Source: a virus
Strand: one strand, 5' to 3'
DNA length: 64,000 nucleotides
IMG/VR virus record: IMGVR_UViG_3300025162_000052
Location: 3,309 to 67,308 of that record
Below are positions 37,185-47,291 of the stretch, piece by piece (the stretch's first letter is position 1; every line of letters starts with the position of its first letter). A program made the translations under genes and the position numbers. The notes under the pieces were generated by a model. That model was not told where the DNA came from. It made no database searches and worked only from the letters and a program-made list of their open reading frames with translations.

Positions 37185-40100
37185 CCAATATTTCGAAGGA
37201 CTAGATAGGGATACTAATAAACATGAATACAAAAGTACTAAATACTTTAATTTAGAAAATGGTAAGATAGTTAGTCAAGATGGATTATCTAGTGTTACTA
37301 TATCTAATGTAAAAGGTACTATTCCAATACTAGACAGTAATGGTAATCATATAACTAGTATAACTGGTTATACATTAGTAGGATGGTGTAACTTAGGGGC
37401 AGATATTATATTATTTTATTCTAGTGATACAACAGATAAAGGACAAATTTATAAACTAGTTCAAAATACAGAATTAACTTTTAGTATAACTTTAATATAT
37501 GAAGATGATAATTTAAATTTTGGTAATGTATTACAGGCTATAGGAAGATATGAAAATGAGTATATCCAAAAAGTATATTGGATAGATGATTTTAATAATA
37601 TGATAAGGAGTTTAAATATAGTATCTAATAGTTATCCTATAACACTTGATGTAGAAAAATTAAATATTGTACAAACTACTGACTTTTCAACTCCACAATT
37701 TAGTTCCTTTACTAGTGGAGAATTACAATCTGGTGTAATACAATATGCATATAGATACTATAATTTGAATGGTATAGAAACTATGTTTAGTCCATGTTCT
37801 GCTATAATACCATTAACTGCGGAACGAGAGACAATAGGAGTATCTTTGTATAAAGGAACTGCACCTAGTATTAATACTCAAAAAGGAGTAATTGGTACTA
37901 TAAGTAATTTAGATTCTAGTTTTGATAGAGTAGAAATTGTATCAATATGGTATGGCTCACTTAATGGAACACCTAGCATTAATGTTGTTAGTAGACAACC
38001 TTTTTCAAGTACTGTTACATTTACTGATACAGGAACATATATTGCAAGTTTAACATTAGATGAGTTTACATTATTAAGTAATCCATTATATGCTAAAAGT
38101 ATTGCAATAAAAGATCAACGTATGTTTTTAGGTAATATACAAGAAGACGTATTTTGGTCACAAGCTATACAAAATTGGGACGCTAGAGCTTATAGATTTG
38201 CAGATAGTTCTAATGATGTATATCTTTCACATAATGGAACATTAACATTGTATAGTGATATTGCTGATGTACCTGATGATAATGATGCTATAAATCTTAC
38301 TAATATTATATCTAATGATGGTAATATGAGTGATGAATATAGACAATTTTATCAACAGGGTAGTAGTGTATTAGGGGGTACAGGAATAAATATAAGTTAT
38401 ACTTTTAATGCTAGTGATTATTTAATAGATGATGATAGTACAAACGCTTGCCACAAAGCTACTATAGATGCTAATAATATTAATGAACAATTAGGGTTAA
38501 AGAGAAGTTGGCAACGTGACGAGATTTATAGATTTGGAATAGTATTTTATGATAAATATGGTAGAAGTAGTTTTGTTAAATGGATAGGTGATATACGTAT
38601 ACCACATTGGGATGGCAATAATAAATATGTTAATTATACTAATTCATTATTATATGGGCGACATATATATCCTATATTTACAGTATCAAATTTACCAACT
38701 GATGTAATATCATGGCAAATAGTATATGTTAATAGAGGTGTATATGATAAAACTGTTGTTGCTACTGGATTGGGGTTAGGGTTAGAAGATAGTTATGATG
38801 TAGATGGTAATTTTGCATGTACTATATGGGTTAATAATCCTAATACTACTACAGCTAATAGTATTACAGATAGAAGAAATGGAGATCTTAATTGGGCTAA
38901 ATATTATAATATATTAGAGTTTGATTCTCCAGAAATAGTATATGGTACACAAGAAGTATCTGGAGATTATATAGACTTAATAGGTTATTTTACATTAGGC
39001 ACTAGAACTGTTGCATTACGAGATATTTTAGATCCAGTATTTAGACAAACTAAATATAGAGAATTTATAGGGAATCCTAATATAGATTATAGTTATAGAA
39101 GACGTAATATACAAGATTTACAATTTTTACATCCAGGACAAAATACTAATGTCAATGGACACCCATTTACTAATGTAGGAGATAATGATGGAACTCATAA
39201 TTCGTTTCCCCCTTTAGTAGATTATGAAGAAACTTGTTCTCATTGTACTAAATGGATAGTAGGAATAGATAATGAATATGGAGTAACTAACCCATATTTT
39301 AATCTTGTTACTAATATTGGAGTATTTTCAGTTAGAAAAAATGTAATAGGTTACGGTGGAAATACTTTTAATGATAGATATAATAATAGTTATATATCAG
39401 CTAGTGACAGAATAAATGTAAATACTAATATAGCGATATGTTATTATGGAGATACATATATCAATATGATAGAGGAATTAAGGTGTATATGGCAAGATAC
39501 ACTACATCCATCTCAAGAATGGATGTATTATCCTTGTGAGAGTAGTGTTAATCCAGTATTTGATTATGGGTATTCTCAATCTAAAAGTCTATCAATAAGT
39601 GCACCTACACCTAAAGGATTGTTATTAGATACATATTGGTTTACAGATTATGTATGGCAAACTGAAGATAGATTATATATATATAATAAAACATATTCAC
39701 AACAATATAATATTCATACATTTTTTCCTGTACCATTAGATATACAGTTAACCACTAAATATCCTTATCAAGTACGGTATAGTGACGCAAAGTATGATGG
39801 TGAAGAAATAGATTCATGGTTAAAATTTAGACCATTAAATAGTAATAATGTAGTAGGAAACTATGGAGAAGTTACATCTATAGTAGAACAGACTAATCAA
39901 TTATATTGTTTTCAAGAACATGGAGTATCTGCTATATCATCAAATAGACAGGAGTTATCATCTGCAAGTAGTGGAATTCCTGTAGTATTAGGTAAAGGTG
40001 GGGTACTTGATAGATTTGATTATCTTAGTACTGAAATAGGTAATCAATTTGGAGATTATATTGTAACAACAGCGTCTAATATATATTGGTTAGATAGAAG

Positions 40101-41532
40101 TTTACAAAAGATGTATCGTATAGGAACAAGTGGTATGGAGACATTAAGTGATACTAAATCTGTTGGTAGTATATTTAAAAATGTAGTAGATTTATATACA
40201 ACATTTGATGGTATATACGATATTAAGAATAATAGATGTTACTTTACAGTACATAATACATATCCTAATTATCTAGCTACTGTTACTTATATTAGTACAG
40301 GAATATATAGGTTATCATTAGATTTAACTAGTATAATCACTAGAGGAACAAGTAATAATACCTTATTACAATTAGGTAATACTTATGAATTTTCCTATAA
40401 TGGAATAGTAGGTACATTCAGAGTTAATAGTATTGATTATGTTAATTGGACTATAACTGTTGAAGATTTAGATAATGTAATTAATGATGTTACACCTAAT
40501 TATACAATAGATTTATCAGAGTATATAGACTATAAGAATCAATATACATTATCATATAATGAGTTTGTAGATGGTTATGAATCATTCCATTCGTTTATAC
40601 CGGATTGGTATTTAACTAATAACAATTCATTAATGACATATAAAGATACAGAAAAAGAAATATTCCTACATAATACAGGAATATATGGTAATTATTATAA
40701 TGCATCTGATATATATCCTATGAGATTAGATATTATAGTTAATAATAATGGTAAAGCTATACGAGAATTCAATAATATAAATTGGAGATCAGAATGTACA
40801 GTTGGTAATCAAGATTTAAAAGATGAAACGATAAAGTATATATTAGCAGAAAATAACTATCAACAAACTGATAAGATTAAATTATACCAAATGTTAGACG
40901 ATGATTATATATTCTTTTCAGAGTCTATAAATCTACCTAGTACTAGTTGGTCTGCTAGTGGAACATATACTGAAAACTCAGTAGTTCGATATACAGATGA
41001 TAAATTATATATAGGTATAGGAACACCGATTAATGCTAGTGATACTCCTAGTATAAGTTCTAAATGGGATGAGTATAAATTATGTAATTTACGTAGAGTA
41101 AAAAGACAATGGAATACAGGAATTCCTAGAGATGAAGATAATTATCTTAATGTACCAACATATAGTGTAACATTATATCAAGTAGGAGATGCAGTACAAT
41201 ACAAATATAAGCGGTATATATGTAAAGTAAAGGTACAAACATATAGTGTTAGTCAATGGTTTAATACAGATGAATGTGTATTATATAGTGGCGCGATATA
41301 TAAAAGTAAAACATCTCAAAAGGGAGTAACTCCAACAGGAGCTAGTTGGGCTAATATAACAAGTTCATTTATACCTAGTGGAACTGATGATGACACAATT
41401 TACTGGGAATATAGTCCATTATATAATCGGATGTTAGATACTTATGTAAGGGTAAATTTATGGTATATTAATAAAGATAATCATAAATTTGTATTACATG
41501 ATATGCAAACAACATGTGAAATACAACCATAA
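37156..41532 (+). CDS. muzzle / tail stabilization protein (P22 gp10-like)
   Basis: 1458 aa; F..GL.RD, K.YW.D, QYAYR, R.F.GN, RDEIYRFGIVF, GDTYI, GEEIDSW..F and SF.PD.Y motifs. Confidence 0.88.
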   Translation: MDSLQQTTINQYFEGLDRDTNKHEYKSTKYFNLENGKIVSQDGLSSVTISNVKGTIPILDSNGNHITSITGYTLVGWCNLGADIILFYSSDTTDKGQIYKLVQNTELTFSITLIYEDDNLNFGNVLQAIGRYENEYIQKVYWIDDFNNMIRSLNIVSNSYPITLDVEKLNIVQTTDFSTPQFSSFTSGELQSGVIQYAYRYYNLNGIETMFSPCSAIIPLTAERETIGVSLYKGTAPSINTQKGVIGTISNLDSSFDRVEIVSIWYGSLNGTPSINVVSRQPFSSTVTFTDTGTYIASLTLDEFTLLSNPLYAKSIAIKDQRMFLGNIQEDVFWSQAIQNWDARAYRFADSSNDVYLSHNGTLTLYSDIADVPDDNDAINLTNIISNDGNMSDEYRQFYQQGSSVLGGTGINISYTFNASDYLIDDDSTNACHKATIDANNINEQLGLKRSWQRDEIYRFGIVFYDKYGRSSFVKWIGDIRIPHWDGNNKYVNYTNSLLYGRHIYPIFTVSNLPTDVISWQIVYVNRGVYDKTVVATGLGLGLEDSYDVDGNFACTIWVNNPNTTTANSITDRRNGDLNWAKYYNILEFDSPEIVYGTQEVSGDYIDLIGYFTLGTRTVALRDILDPVFRQTKYREFIGNPNIDYSYRRRNIQDLQFLHPGQNTNVNGHPFTNVGDNDGTHNSFPPLVDYEETCSHCTKWIVGIDNEYGVTNPYFNLVTNIGVFSVRKNVIGYGGNTFNDRYNNSYISASDRINVNTNIAICYYGDTYINMIEELRCIWQDTLHPSQEWMYYPCESSVNPVFDYGYSQSKSLSISAPTPKGLLLDTYWFTDYVWQTEDRLYIYNKTYSQQYNIHTFFPVPLDIQLTTKYPYQVRYSDAKYDGEEIDSWLKFRPLNSNNVVGNYGEVTSIVEQTNQLYCFQEHGVSAISSNRQELSSASSGIPVVLGKGGVLDRFDYLSTEIGNQFGDYIVTTASNIYWLDRSLQKMYRIGTSGMETLSDTKSVGSIFKNVVDLYTTFDGIYDIKNNRCYFTVHNTYPNYLATVTYISTGIYRLSLDLTSIITRGTSNNTLLQLGNTYEFSYNGIVGTFRVNSIDYVNWTITVEDLDNVINDVTPNYTIDLSEYIDYKNQYTLSYNEFVDGYESFHSFIPDWYLTNNNSLMTYKDTEKEIFLHNTGIYGNYYNASDIYPMRLDIIVNNNGKAIREFNNINWRSECTVGNQDLKDETIKYILAENNYQQTDKIKLYQMLDDDYIFFSESINLPSTSWSASGTYTENSVVRYTDDKLYIGIGTPINASDTPSISSKWDEYKLCNLRRVKRQWNTGIPRDEDNYLNVPTYSVTLYQVGDAVQYKYKRYICKVKVQTYSVSQWFNTDECVLYSGAIYKSKTSQKGVTPTGASWANITSSFIPSGTDDDTIYWEYSPLYNRMLDTYVRVNLWYINKDNHKFVLHDMQTTCEIQP

Positions 41533-41554
41533 TTAAAAAAATTAGATAAAATAA

Positions 41555-41586
41555 TTTGGAAATTTAGAAATTTCTAGCTAACTTAG
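41555..41586 (+). promoter_or_regulatory. near-consensus promoter for the cargo genes
   Basis: TTTG(41555-58)-N20-TAACTTAG (one mismatch). Confidence 0.5.
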
Positions 41587-41631
41587 CGGTGCTATCATTG
41601 ACAAAATTATGTCATAGAGTACCGCTTTTTT
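41585..41631 (+). terminator. intrinsic terminator after the muzzle gene
   Basis: AGCGGTGCT...AGTACCGCT stem with an inner TGACA/TGTCA hairpin, followed by T6. Confidence 0.7.
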
Positions 41632-41632
41632 A

Positions 41633-44600
41633 ATGGAAAATTCAAACATAATAAATAATAATATGGCAAACAATAGATTGTCGAAATACAAAAAAGACAG
41701 TACTATACGAAAAAAAGTATTAGATGAATACGGATTAGGAGATTATACAGATGAACAGTTATATGGACTAGGTGGAATATTAGGAACTGTAGCTGGTGGA
41801 GTTGGTGGAGCATTATTAGGTAATCCTGTATTAGGAGCTAGTGTAGGCGGATCAATAGGTGGTTTATTAGATGATAATAAAGATAAACAACAAGTACCAC
41901 AATTTAAACCACAATATGTAGAACCAGATACTCAGTTATTTAAATCTGGCGGAACTATACATATTAAACCTGAGAATAAAGGAAAATTTACAGAAATTAA
42001 AAAAAGAACTGGTAAATCTACTGAAGAATTAACTCATAGTAACAATCATTTAACTAGAAAAAGAGCAATCTTTGCTCAAAATACTAAGAAGTGGAAACAT
42101 GAAGATGGTGGTATATTAAAAGAAGGTAAGATGAATATTAATGGAGAGATTGATGATTTACAAGATAATGGGGACTTTGTTAATAAATTTGGTAATAGAG
42201 AACAATACAGACAAGGTGGACAAGTTAATCAACAACAAAATACACAATTAACACCACAACAAGCTAAACAAATATTACAACAAGGTAATATTAACGGCAA
42301 ACCTTTATCAGCACAACAAAAAATGTATCTTACTCAAATCATTCAAGGTAAAGGAATTCAACAAAATAATAATATATCACAAGAGCAACAAACTTCGCAG
42401 TATCAAAATGGGGGAGATATAGATGGAGATGATAGTGGTACTGATGCTAATTTAGGATTAGGAGACATAGGAAGTACTTTAGGCAAAGGATTATTTGGAG
42501 CAGCTATGACTAGTATAGGATTAGATATGTTAAATTCGCACAAAAAAGAAAAGAGTTTGACACCTGCACAAAAACGTAAACAAAAATTAGTAGAAAAATG
42601 GTATAGACGTGGAATGTCTGAAGATGATGCTAATCAATGGGCTAGTGCTGAAAATAAAGAAGTTAAATATGGTGGAGAAGTACAATATAAACCGGGTGGT
42701 GAAATAGAAACCAATGGAGTAATGAGTATGACTAATCAACCTACTGAAGAAGAGATACGTGGTTATTATAAACGACATCTTAAAAAAGGTGGACAATTAG
42801 GTGATGGTAGTGATAATTCTATTAATAGAATATTATTACAACAGGTAAAGGAACATGGTTTAAATGCTAGACAAAATAGTAGAGCATTAGCTGGATGGAG
42901 AAAAGATATGGTAAAAGCTACTCATAATAAATATGAAGATGGTAGTGAATTAGCAACATATAATGGAGCAAAACATGAAGATGGTGGAGTTACATTACCA
43001 ATTGGACAAGGACAACAACAAAATGAAGTAGAAGGTGGAGAAACTGGAGTACCAACAAAAGTTACAGGAAAACAAAATACTTATATATTAAATGATACAA
43101 CGCCAATAGATGCTGAACAAGCAAAAATGTTTAATATAGATAAAAAGTATATTGGTAAAACACCTGCTAATGTTAGTAAAAGATTAGAAAAATTTTATGG
43201 ATTTAGAAAGAATAGTCCTATAGATATTGATGATTTTAAAGAACAAATGAATAAGTTAACACAAGTTAATGAACTTCAATTATATAATAAACAATTAGAT
43301 GAAATGAGAAATAATCCAGAAGCATTACAGCAAATGGTATCTCAAAAAGCTAATGAAGAAGTACAACAAAATCAACAAGAGCAAGTACAACAACCAATAC
43401 AGGAACAAACTGGAATGGAGCAACAACTTGAACAATCACAGCAACAAATGAAGTATGGTGGTAAGTTGAAATATGAAGATGGAAAACAATTAGGAGACCC
43501 ACCTGATAATAATGGAAAAGGATTATTAGGAGTAACATCGCGAAATATTATTAAACCAATAAATAATAGTCAAGTTTATAATACTGATAAAGGTAGTTCA
43601 GATATAGGTAAAATAGATAAATTTGGTAGTAACGCTTTAACGAATAGAGACGGATTTGTAATGTTTAAAGAATATGGAAATAATACAGATGTACAGAATA
43701 CTAATTTAAAAGTAAATCCTAACATTACTACTAATACAGTTAATACTAATAACAATCAAGTACAAACTAATAATATACCTGTAAATAAAAATAATATATC
43801 TAATATTGCTTCTACAGAATTGTTTGATAATAATATTAGTAATAATGAAAAAGAAACTAGTAATATTCCATTAGGGCAATCTAAAACATACGATTATACA
43901 TTAGGTATAAATAATACAGGAAAAGATGAGTTATCTGTAATTAACAGAAATAATGACAATAATTATAATGATATAATTAAAATAGATCCTAATAAAGTAC
44001 AAGTAAATAATATAGGAGTTAAACAAGATTTAGTATTACCTAATAACCAACAAAATAATAAATCTACTAGAGGTAATTGGATGAGCGAAAGTGGTAATTT
44101 CTTAGCTCAAAATGCAGGTAGTTTATTTGATATAGGACGTGGATTAGTTGGTAGTTTATTTCCAGAAAAGGAAAGTTATGGTAAAGTAATACCTACACCA
44201 GTTAGTTTACAGAAAGTAAATCCTAATCAAGCAATATTAAATACTAAAAACACATTTCAAAATGCTGCTGAAGATGCTAAAAGAGCAGGTATTCCATTAT
44301 CACAATATATGAATGTTAGACGTGGAATAGCTAATCAAGAATCTGGACAAATTGGTAATATACAATCACAGTATGATAATCAAAATGTAGGTATAGCTAA
44401 CCAACAAGCAAGTACTAATGCTGAAAATGCTAATAGAACTGCTATGATGAACCAACAAATAGGACAACAAGAGACTATAGCTAATGCACAGAATAAAGCT
44501 CAAAATGAAAATATATTACAAGCAGGATTAAGTAATTTAGGACAAAATTATGGTATATATACTAGAGATCAAAAAGCTATGGGTATGGAGAAATGGATAT

Positions 44601-44782
44601 TATCTAACGGACTTTTAAATAGTAAAGATTTTGGTATAATGGAAGGGTTAACAGATAAAGATGGTAAAGTATTAGATCCTACATTTGTAAGTATAGTTAC
44701 TACTAAAGATGGTAAAAAATATTATAAAACTAGAGAAGGTAAAGTATTTGATATTAATAATAAAACACGAATATTAGAATAA
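41633..44782 (+). CDS. virion cargo/ejection protein 1
   Basis: Glycine-zipper TM near the N-terminus, IHIKPENKGKFT..AIFAQN module, repeated (Y/K)xxGG motifs, G..HE.GG..EVEGGET domain and Q/N-rich tail. The start may be 41663. Confidence 0.8.
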   Translation: MENSNIINNNMANNRLSKYKKDSTIRKKVLDEYGLGDYTDEQLYGLGGILGTVAGGVGGALLGNPVLGASVGGSIGGLLDDNKDKQQVPQFKPQYVEPDTQLFKSGGTIHIKPENKGKFTEIKKRTGKSTEELTHSNNHLTRKRAIFAQNTKKWKHEDGGILKEGKMNINGEIDDLQDNGDFVNKFGNREQYRQGGQVNQQQNTQLTPQQAKQILQQGNINGKPLSAQQKMYLTQIIQGKGIQQNNNISQEQQTSQYQNGGDIDGDDSGTDANLGLGDIGSTLGKGLFGAAMTSIGLDMLNSHKKEKSLTPAQKRKQKLVEKWYRRGMSEDDANQWASAENKEVKYGGEVQYKPGGEIETNGVMSMTNQPTEEEIRGYYKRHLKKGGQLGDGSDNSINRILLQQVKEHGLNARQNSRALAGWRKDMVKATHNKYEDGSELATYNGAKHEDGGVTLPIGQGQQQNEVEGGETGVPTKVTGKQNTYILNDTTPIDAEQAKMFNIDKKYIGKTPANVSKRLEKFYGFRKNSPIDIDDFKEQMNKLTQVNELQLYNKQLDEMRNNPEALQQMVSQKANEEVQQNQQEQVQQPIQEQTGMEQQLEQSQQQMKYGGKLKYEDGKQLGDPPDNNGKGLLGVTSRNIIKPINNSQVYNTDKGSSDIGKIDKFGSNALTNRDGFVMFKEYGNNTDVQNTNLKVNPNITTNTVNTNNNQVQTNNIPVNKNNISNIASTELFDNNISNNEKETSNIPLGQSKTYDYTLGINNTGKDELSVINRNNDNNYNDIIKIDPNKVQVNNIGVKQDLVLPNNQQNNKSTRGNWMSESGNFLAQNAGSLFDIGRGLVGSLFPEKESYGKVIPTPVSLQKVNPNQAILNTKNTFQNAAEDAKRAGIPLSQYMNVRRGIANQESGQIGNIQSQYDNQNVGIANQQASTNAENANRTAMMNQQIGQQETIANAQNKAQNENILQAGLSNLGQNYGIYTRDQKAMGMEKWILSNGLLNSKDFGIMEGLTDKDGKVLDPTFVSIVTTKDGKKYYKTREGKVFDINNKTRILE

Positions 44783-44783
44783 T

Positions 44784-47291
44784 ATGAGTAGATTTTGGAC
44801 AAGGCGAGATAATCAAGGTACATCACAATATGTACCTTTACCTCTTGATTTTATAGCAGGTAAAATACAACAAGAACAACAAGGATTAGATGTAAGTAGA
44901 GATGCTGTAACTAATGCTATATTAAAGAGTGGGTACATAAATGCACAAACAGGGGATTATAGAAATTTAGATCAAACTCAATTATATTTACAAAAACAAA
45001 AAGAAGTACAACAAAAGAAAGAAGCACTTATAGATGAATTAAATAAAGACCCTTATGCATGGAAAGATGTGTATAATAAAACTAATAGAATGAAACAAGA
45101 ATATTATACTGACCCTGATATAATAAGAATGGAAGATGCATCTAAACATTATGATGCGTTATTAAAAGAACGTAATAAATTAGGTAAAGACTATAGAAAT
45201 TATAGAGACCCTTATACTGAAATGAAAGGAGTTACTACTAATGAAAAGGGAGTTATAACAAATGCAAATTCATTTGAATTTACCGGATTAAAAGGGTACT
45301 CAGATAGACATATAGAAGGTAGTAAAATAATGGAAGGATTTAAAGCTAGTGGAGAGAAAACAGGATATAGTTTTGTAAATCCAATTACCGGAATGATAGA
45401 ACATCATACAGGAGGTAGTGAACAAATAAGTCCACAACAAATTGCACAATTTGTAGGAATTAAACCTTATATTGATGTAGATGAAAAAACAGGTAAATCT
45501 ATTATGAAGTTTAATGTGGATGGAACAATGAATGAAACAGTTAATAATTTTTTAACTAGCAATGGAGGACAAGATTTTATAGATGAAATGGCATTTAATT
45601 ATAAAAAAGCAGGTAAAGAATTAACTAATGATGATATTATAAAAAAAGCCAAATTATTCTTATATGAAATAGGTAGTAAACAAATTTTTAATAAATCAGA
45701 AAATGATTTTACTATGAAAAATGATGCTGTTCATGCAGGAAAAGAAATAGAAAAATTTAAAAGAAGTCTGAACGCTGAAGTTCCAATATATGCCCCAGTA
45801 GATAATACATTAAAAACTCCAGAAGATTATAATAAAAAGAAAGTAGATTTACAAAAAAGTAAAACAGGATTAGTTAGTATAGAAAATACATTAAATACTA
45901 ATTATAATGATATTGGTACAGAAATGGGTGTACAAAATGATAAAGATATTATACCAAATGGAGTAAACATTTATTTAGGTAAAGATAAAATATCTACAAC
46001 TAAAAAATTAGTACAACAAGCTAATCAAGCTATCAATCCTGATAGTAATACAATTGACCTTGAAAAATTAGCTAAAATAAATAGTAATCACCCTATATTA
46101 AAATATAAGAATGATAAAGATAAAATAACTAATATTACACAGGGTATATTATTAGTAAATGGACAACAACAGGAGTATAATAATGTTAGAAACAAAGTTG
46201 TTGAAGTAGAAAATCATATTAATGCTATAGATAATGAGATAAATAAACAATATAATTTAGAAAATGAATATAATAAATTAGAAGATAAAGATAAAAAATT
46301 ATTTAAAACTAAAGATGATTTTATTAATTACATTAAAACAAACGACATTAAATATGCAGATTTAAGTAATCAAGAACAACGTATTGGTAATTATACAACA
46401 TCTGAAGATTATTTAAGACAGTTTGATAAAATTAAAAATAAATATAGTGAAGTTAAAAATGAAATATTAAAATTTAATCCTTCATTAGGTATAGAAGGTA
46501 TGACTTATGAACCCGGTAAAAATAGTACACAAGATAAATATTTAGACCAAATAAATAGATTGTTTAAAGGAAATAAAGATGCTGTAGGTAAATTGAAAGT
46601 ACTTAATAGTTCAGAAAATATAAATGATAAAATAGCTAATGGTGAAATTAAAGACCTAGATGCAAGCAATATTAAATTAGTACCGCATACAGATAATAAT
46701 ACAGGTAAAACTAGTTTTATAATGTATTATAATAATTTAAAACCAGATAAAGATGGTAATTTAATACCTACTAAAGAGTCTAAATCTATTAAAATAGAAG
46801 CAGACGAAAGTACTGTTAAAGCATGGAGAGATGGTATATTACAAGGAGAAACAGAAAATAATGTTAAACATCAAAATGGTTCTATGAGTAGTACAAGACA
46901 TAATCAAGTTAAAAATCAATTAGGTATAGGATTTGCAGAAACTATGTTTAAAGATCCAGAAGTAATTAATGAAGGCACTTTAACTAATCTTAAAATAGGT
47001 GACGCTGTTACTCAACAAGCTGATAATATATATATACCTAATACAGAATTTACTGTGATAGGTGGTAAAGGTACAGGAAAAGATAGATTGTACACTATTA
47101 AAATAACTAATACATCTACAGGGGAAGTATTAGAAAAACAAGCAAAAATATCTGCTATAAAACAAATTATAGGTAGAGTAGGTATAAGAGCAAGTGAACA
47201 TTTAAATAGTAGTAATTTAGAAGTAAATCAAGGACTTACTTTACAAAACAAGATAAAGGAAGAGTTTAATAAAACTGATAAGAATGAGTAA
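44784..47291 (+). CDS. virion cargo protein 2
   Basis: N-terminal SQYVPLP.D motif; helical; lies between cargo 1 and the RNAP. Confidence 0.7.
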   Translation: MSRFWTRRDNQGTSQYVPLPLDFIAGKIQQEQQGLDVSRDAVTNAILKSGYINAQTGDYRNLDQTQLYLQKQKEVQQKKEALIDELNKDPYAWKDVYNKTNRMKQEYYTDPDIIRMEDASKHYDALLKERNKLGKDYRNYRDPYTEMKGVTTNEKGVITNANSFEFTGLKGYSDRHIEGSKIMEGFKASGEKTGYSFVNPITGMIEHHTGGSEQISPQQIAQFVGIKPYIDVDEKTGKSIMKFNVDGTMNETVNNFLTSNGGQDFIDEMAFNYKKAGKELTNDDIIKKAKLFLYEIGSKQIFNKSENDFTMKNDAVHAGKEIEKFKRSLNAEVPIYAPVDNTLKTPEDYNKKKVDLQKSKTGLVSIENTLNTNYNDIGTEMGVQNDKDIIPNGVNIYLGKDKISTTKKLVQQANQAINPDSNTIDLEKLAKINSNHPILKYKNDKDKITNITQGILLVNGQQQEYNNVRNKVVEVENHINAIDNEINKQYNLENEYNKLEDKDKKLFKTKDDFINYIKTNDIKYADLSNQEQRIGNYTTSEDYLRQFDKIKNKYSEVKNEILKFNPSLGIEGMTYEPGKNSTQDKYLDQINRLFKGNKDAVGKLKVLNSSENINDKIANGEIKDLDASNIKLVPHTDNNTGKTSFIMYYNNLKPDKDGNLIPTKESKSIKIEADESTVKAWRDGILQGETENNVKHQNGSMSSTRHNQVKNQLGIGFAETMFKDPEVINEGTLTNLKIGDAVTQQADNIYIPNTEFTVIGGKGTGKDRLYTIKITNTSTGEVLEKQAKISAIKQIIGRVGIRASEHLNSSNLEVNQGLTLQNKIKEEFNKTDKNE

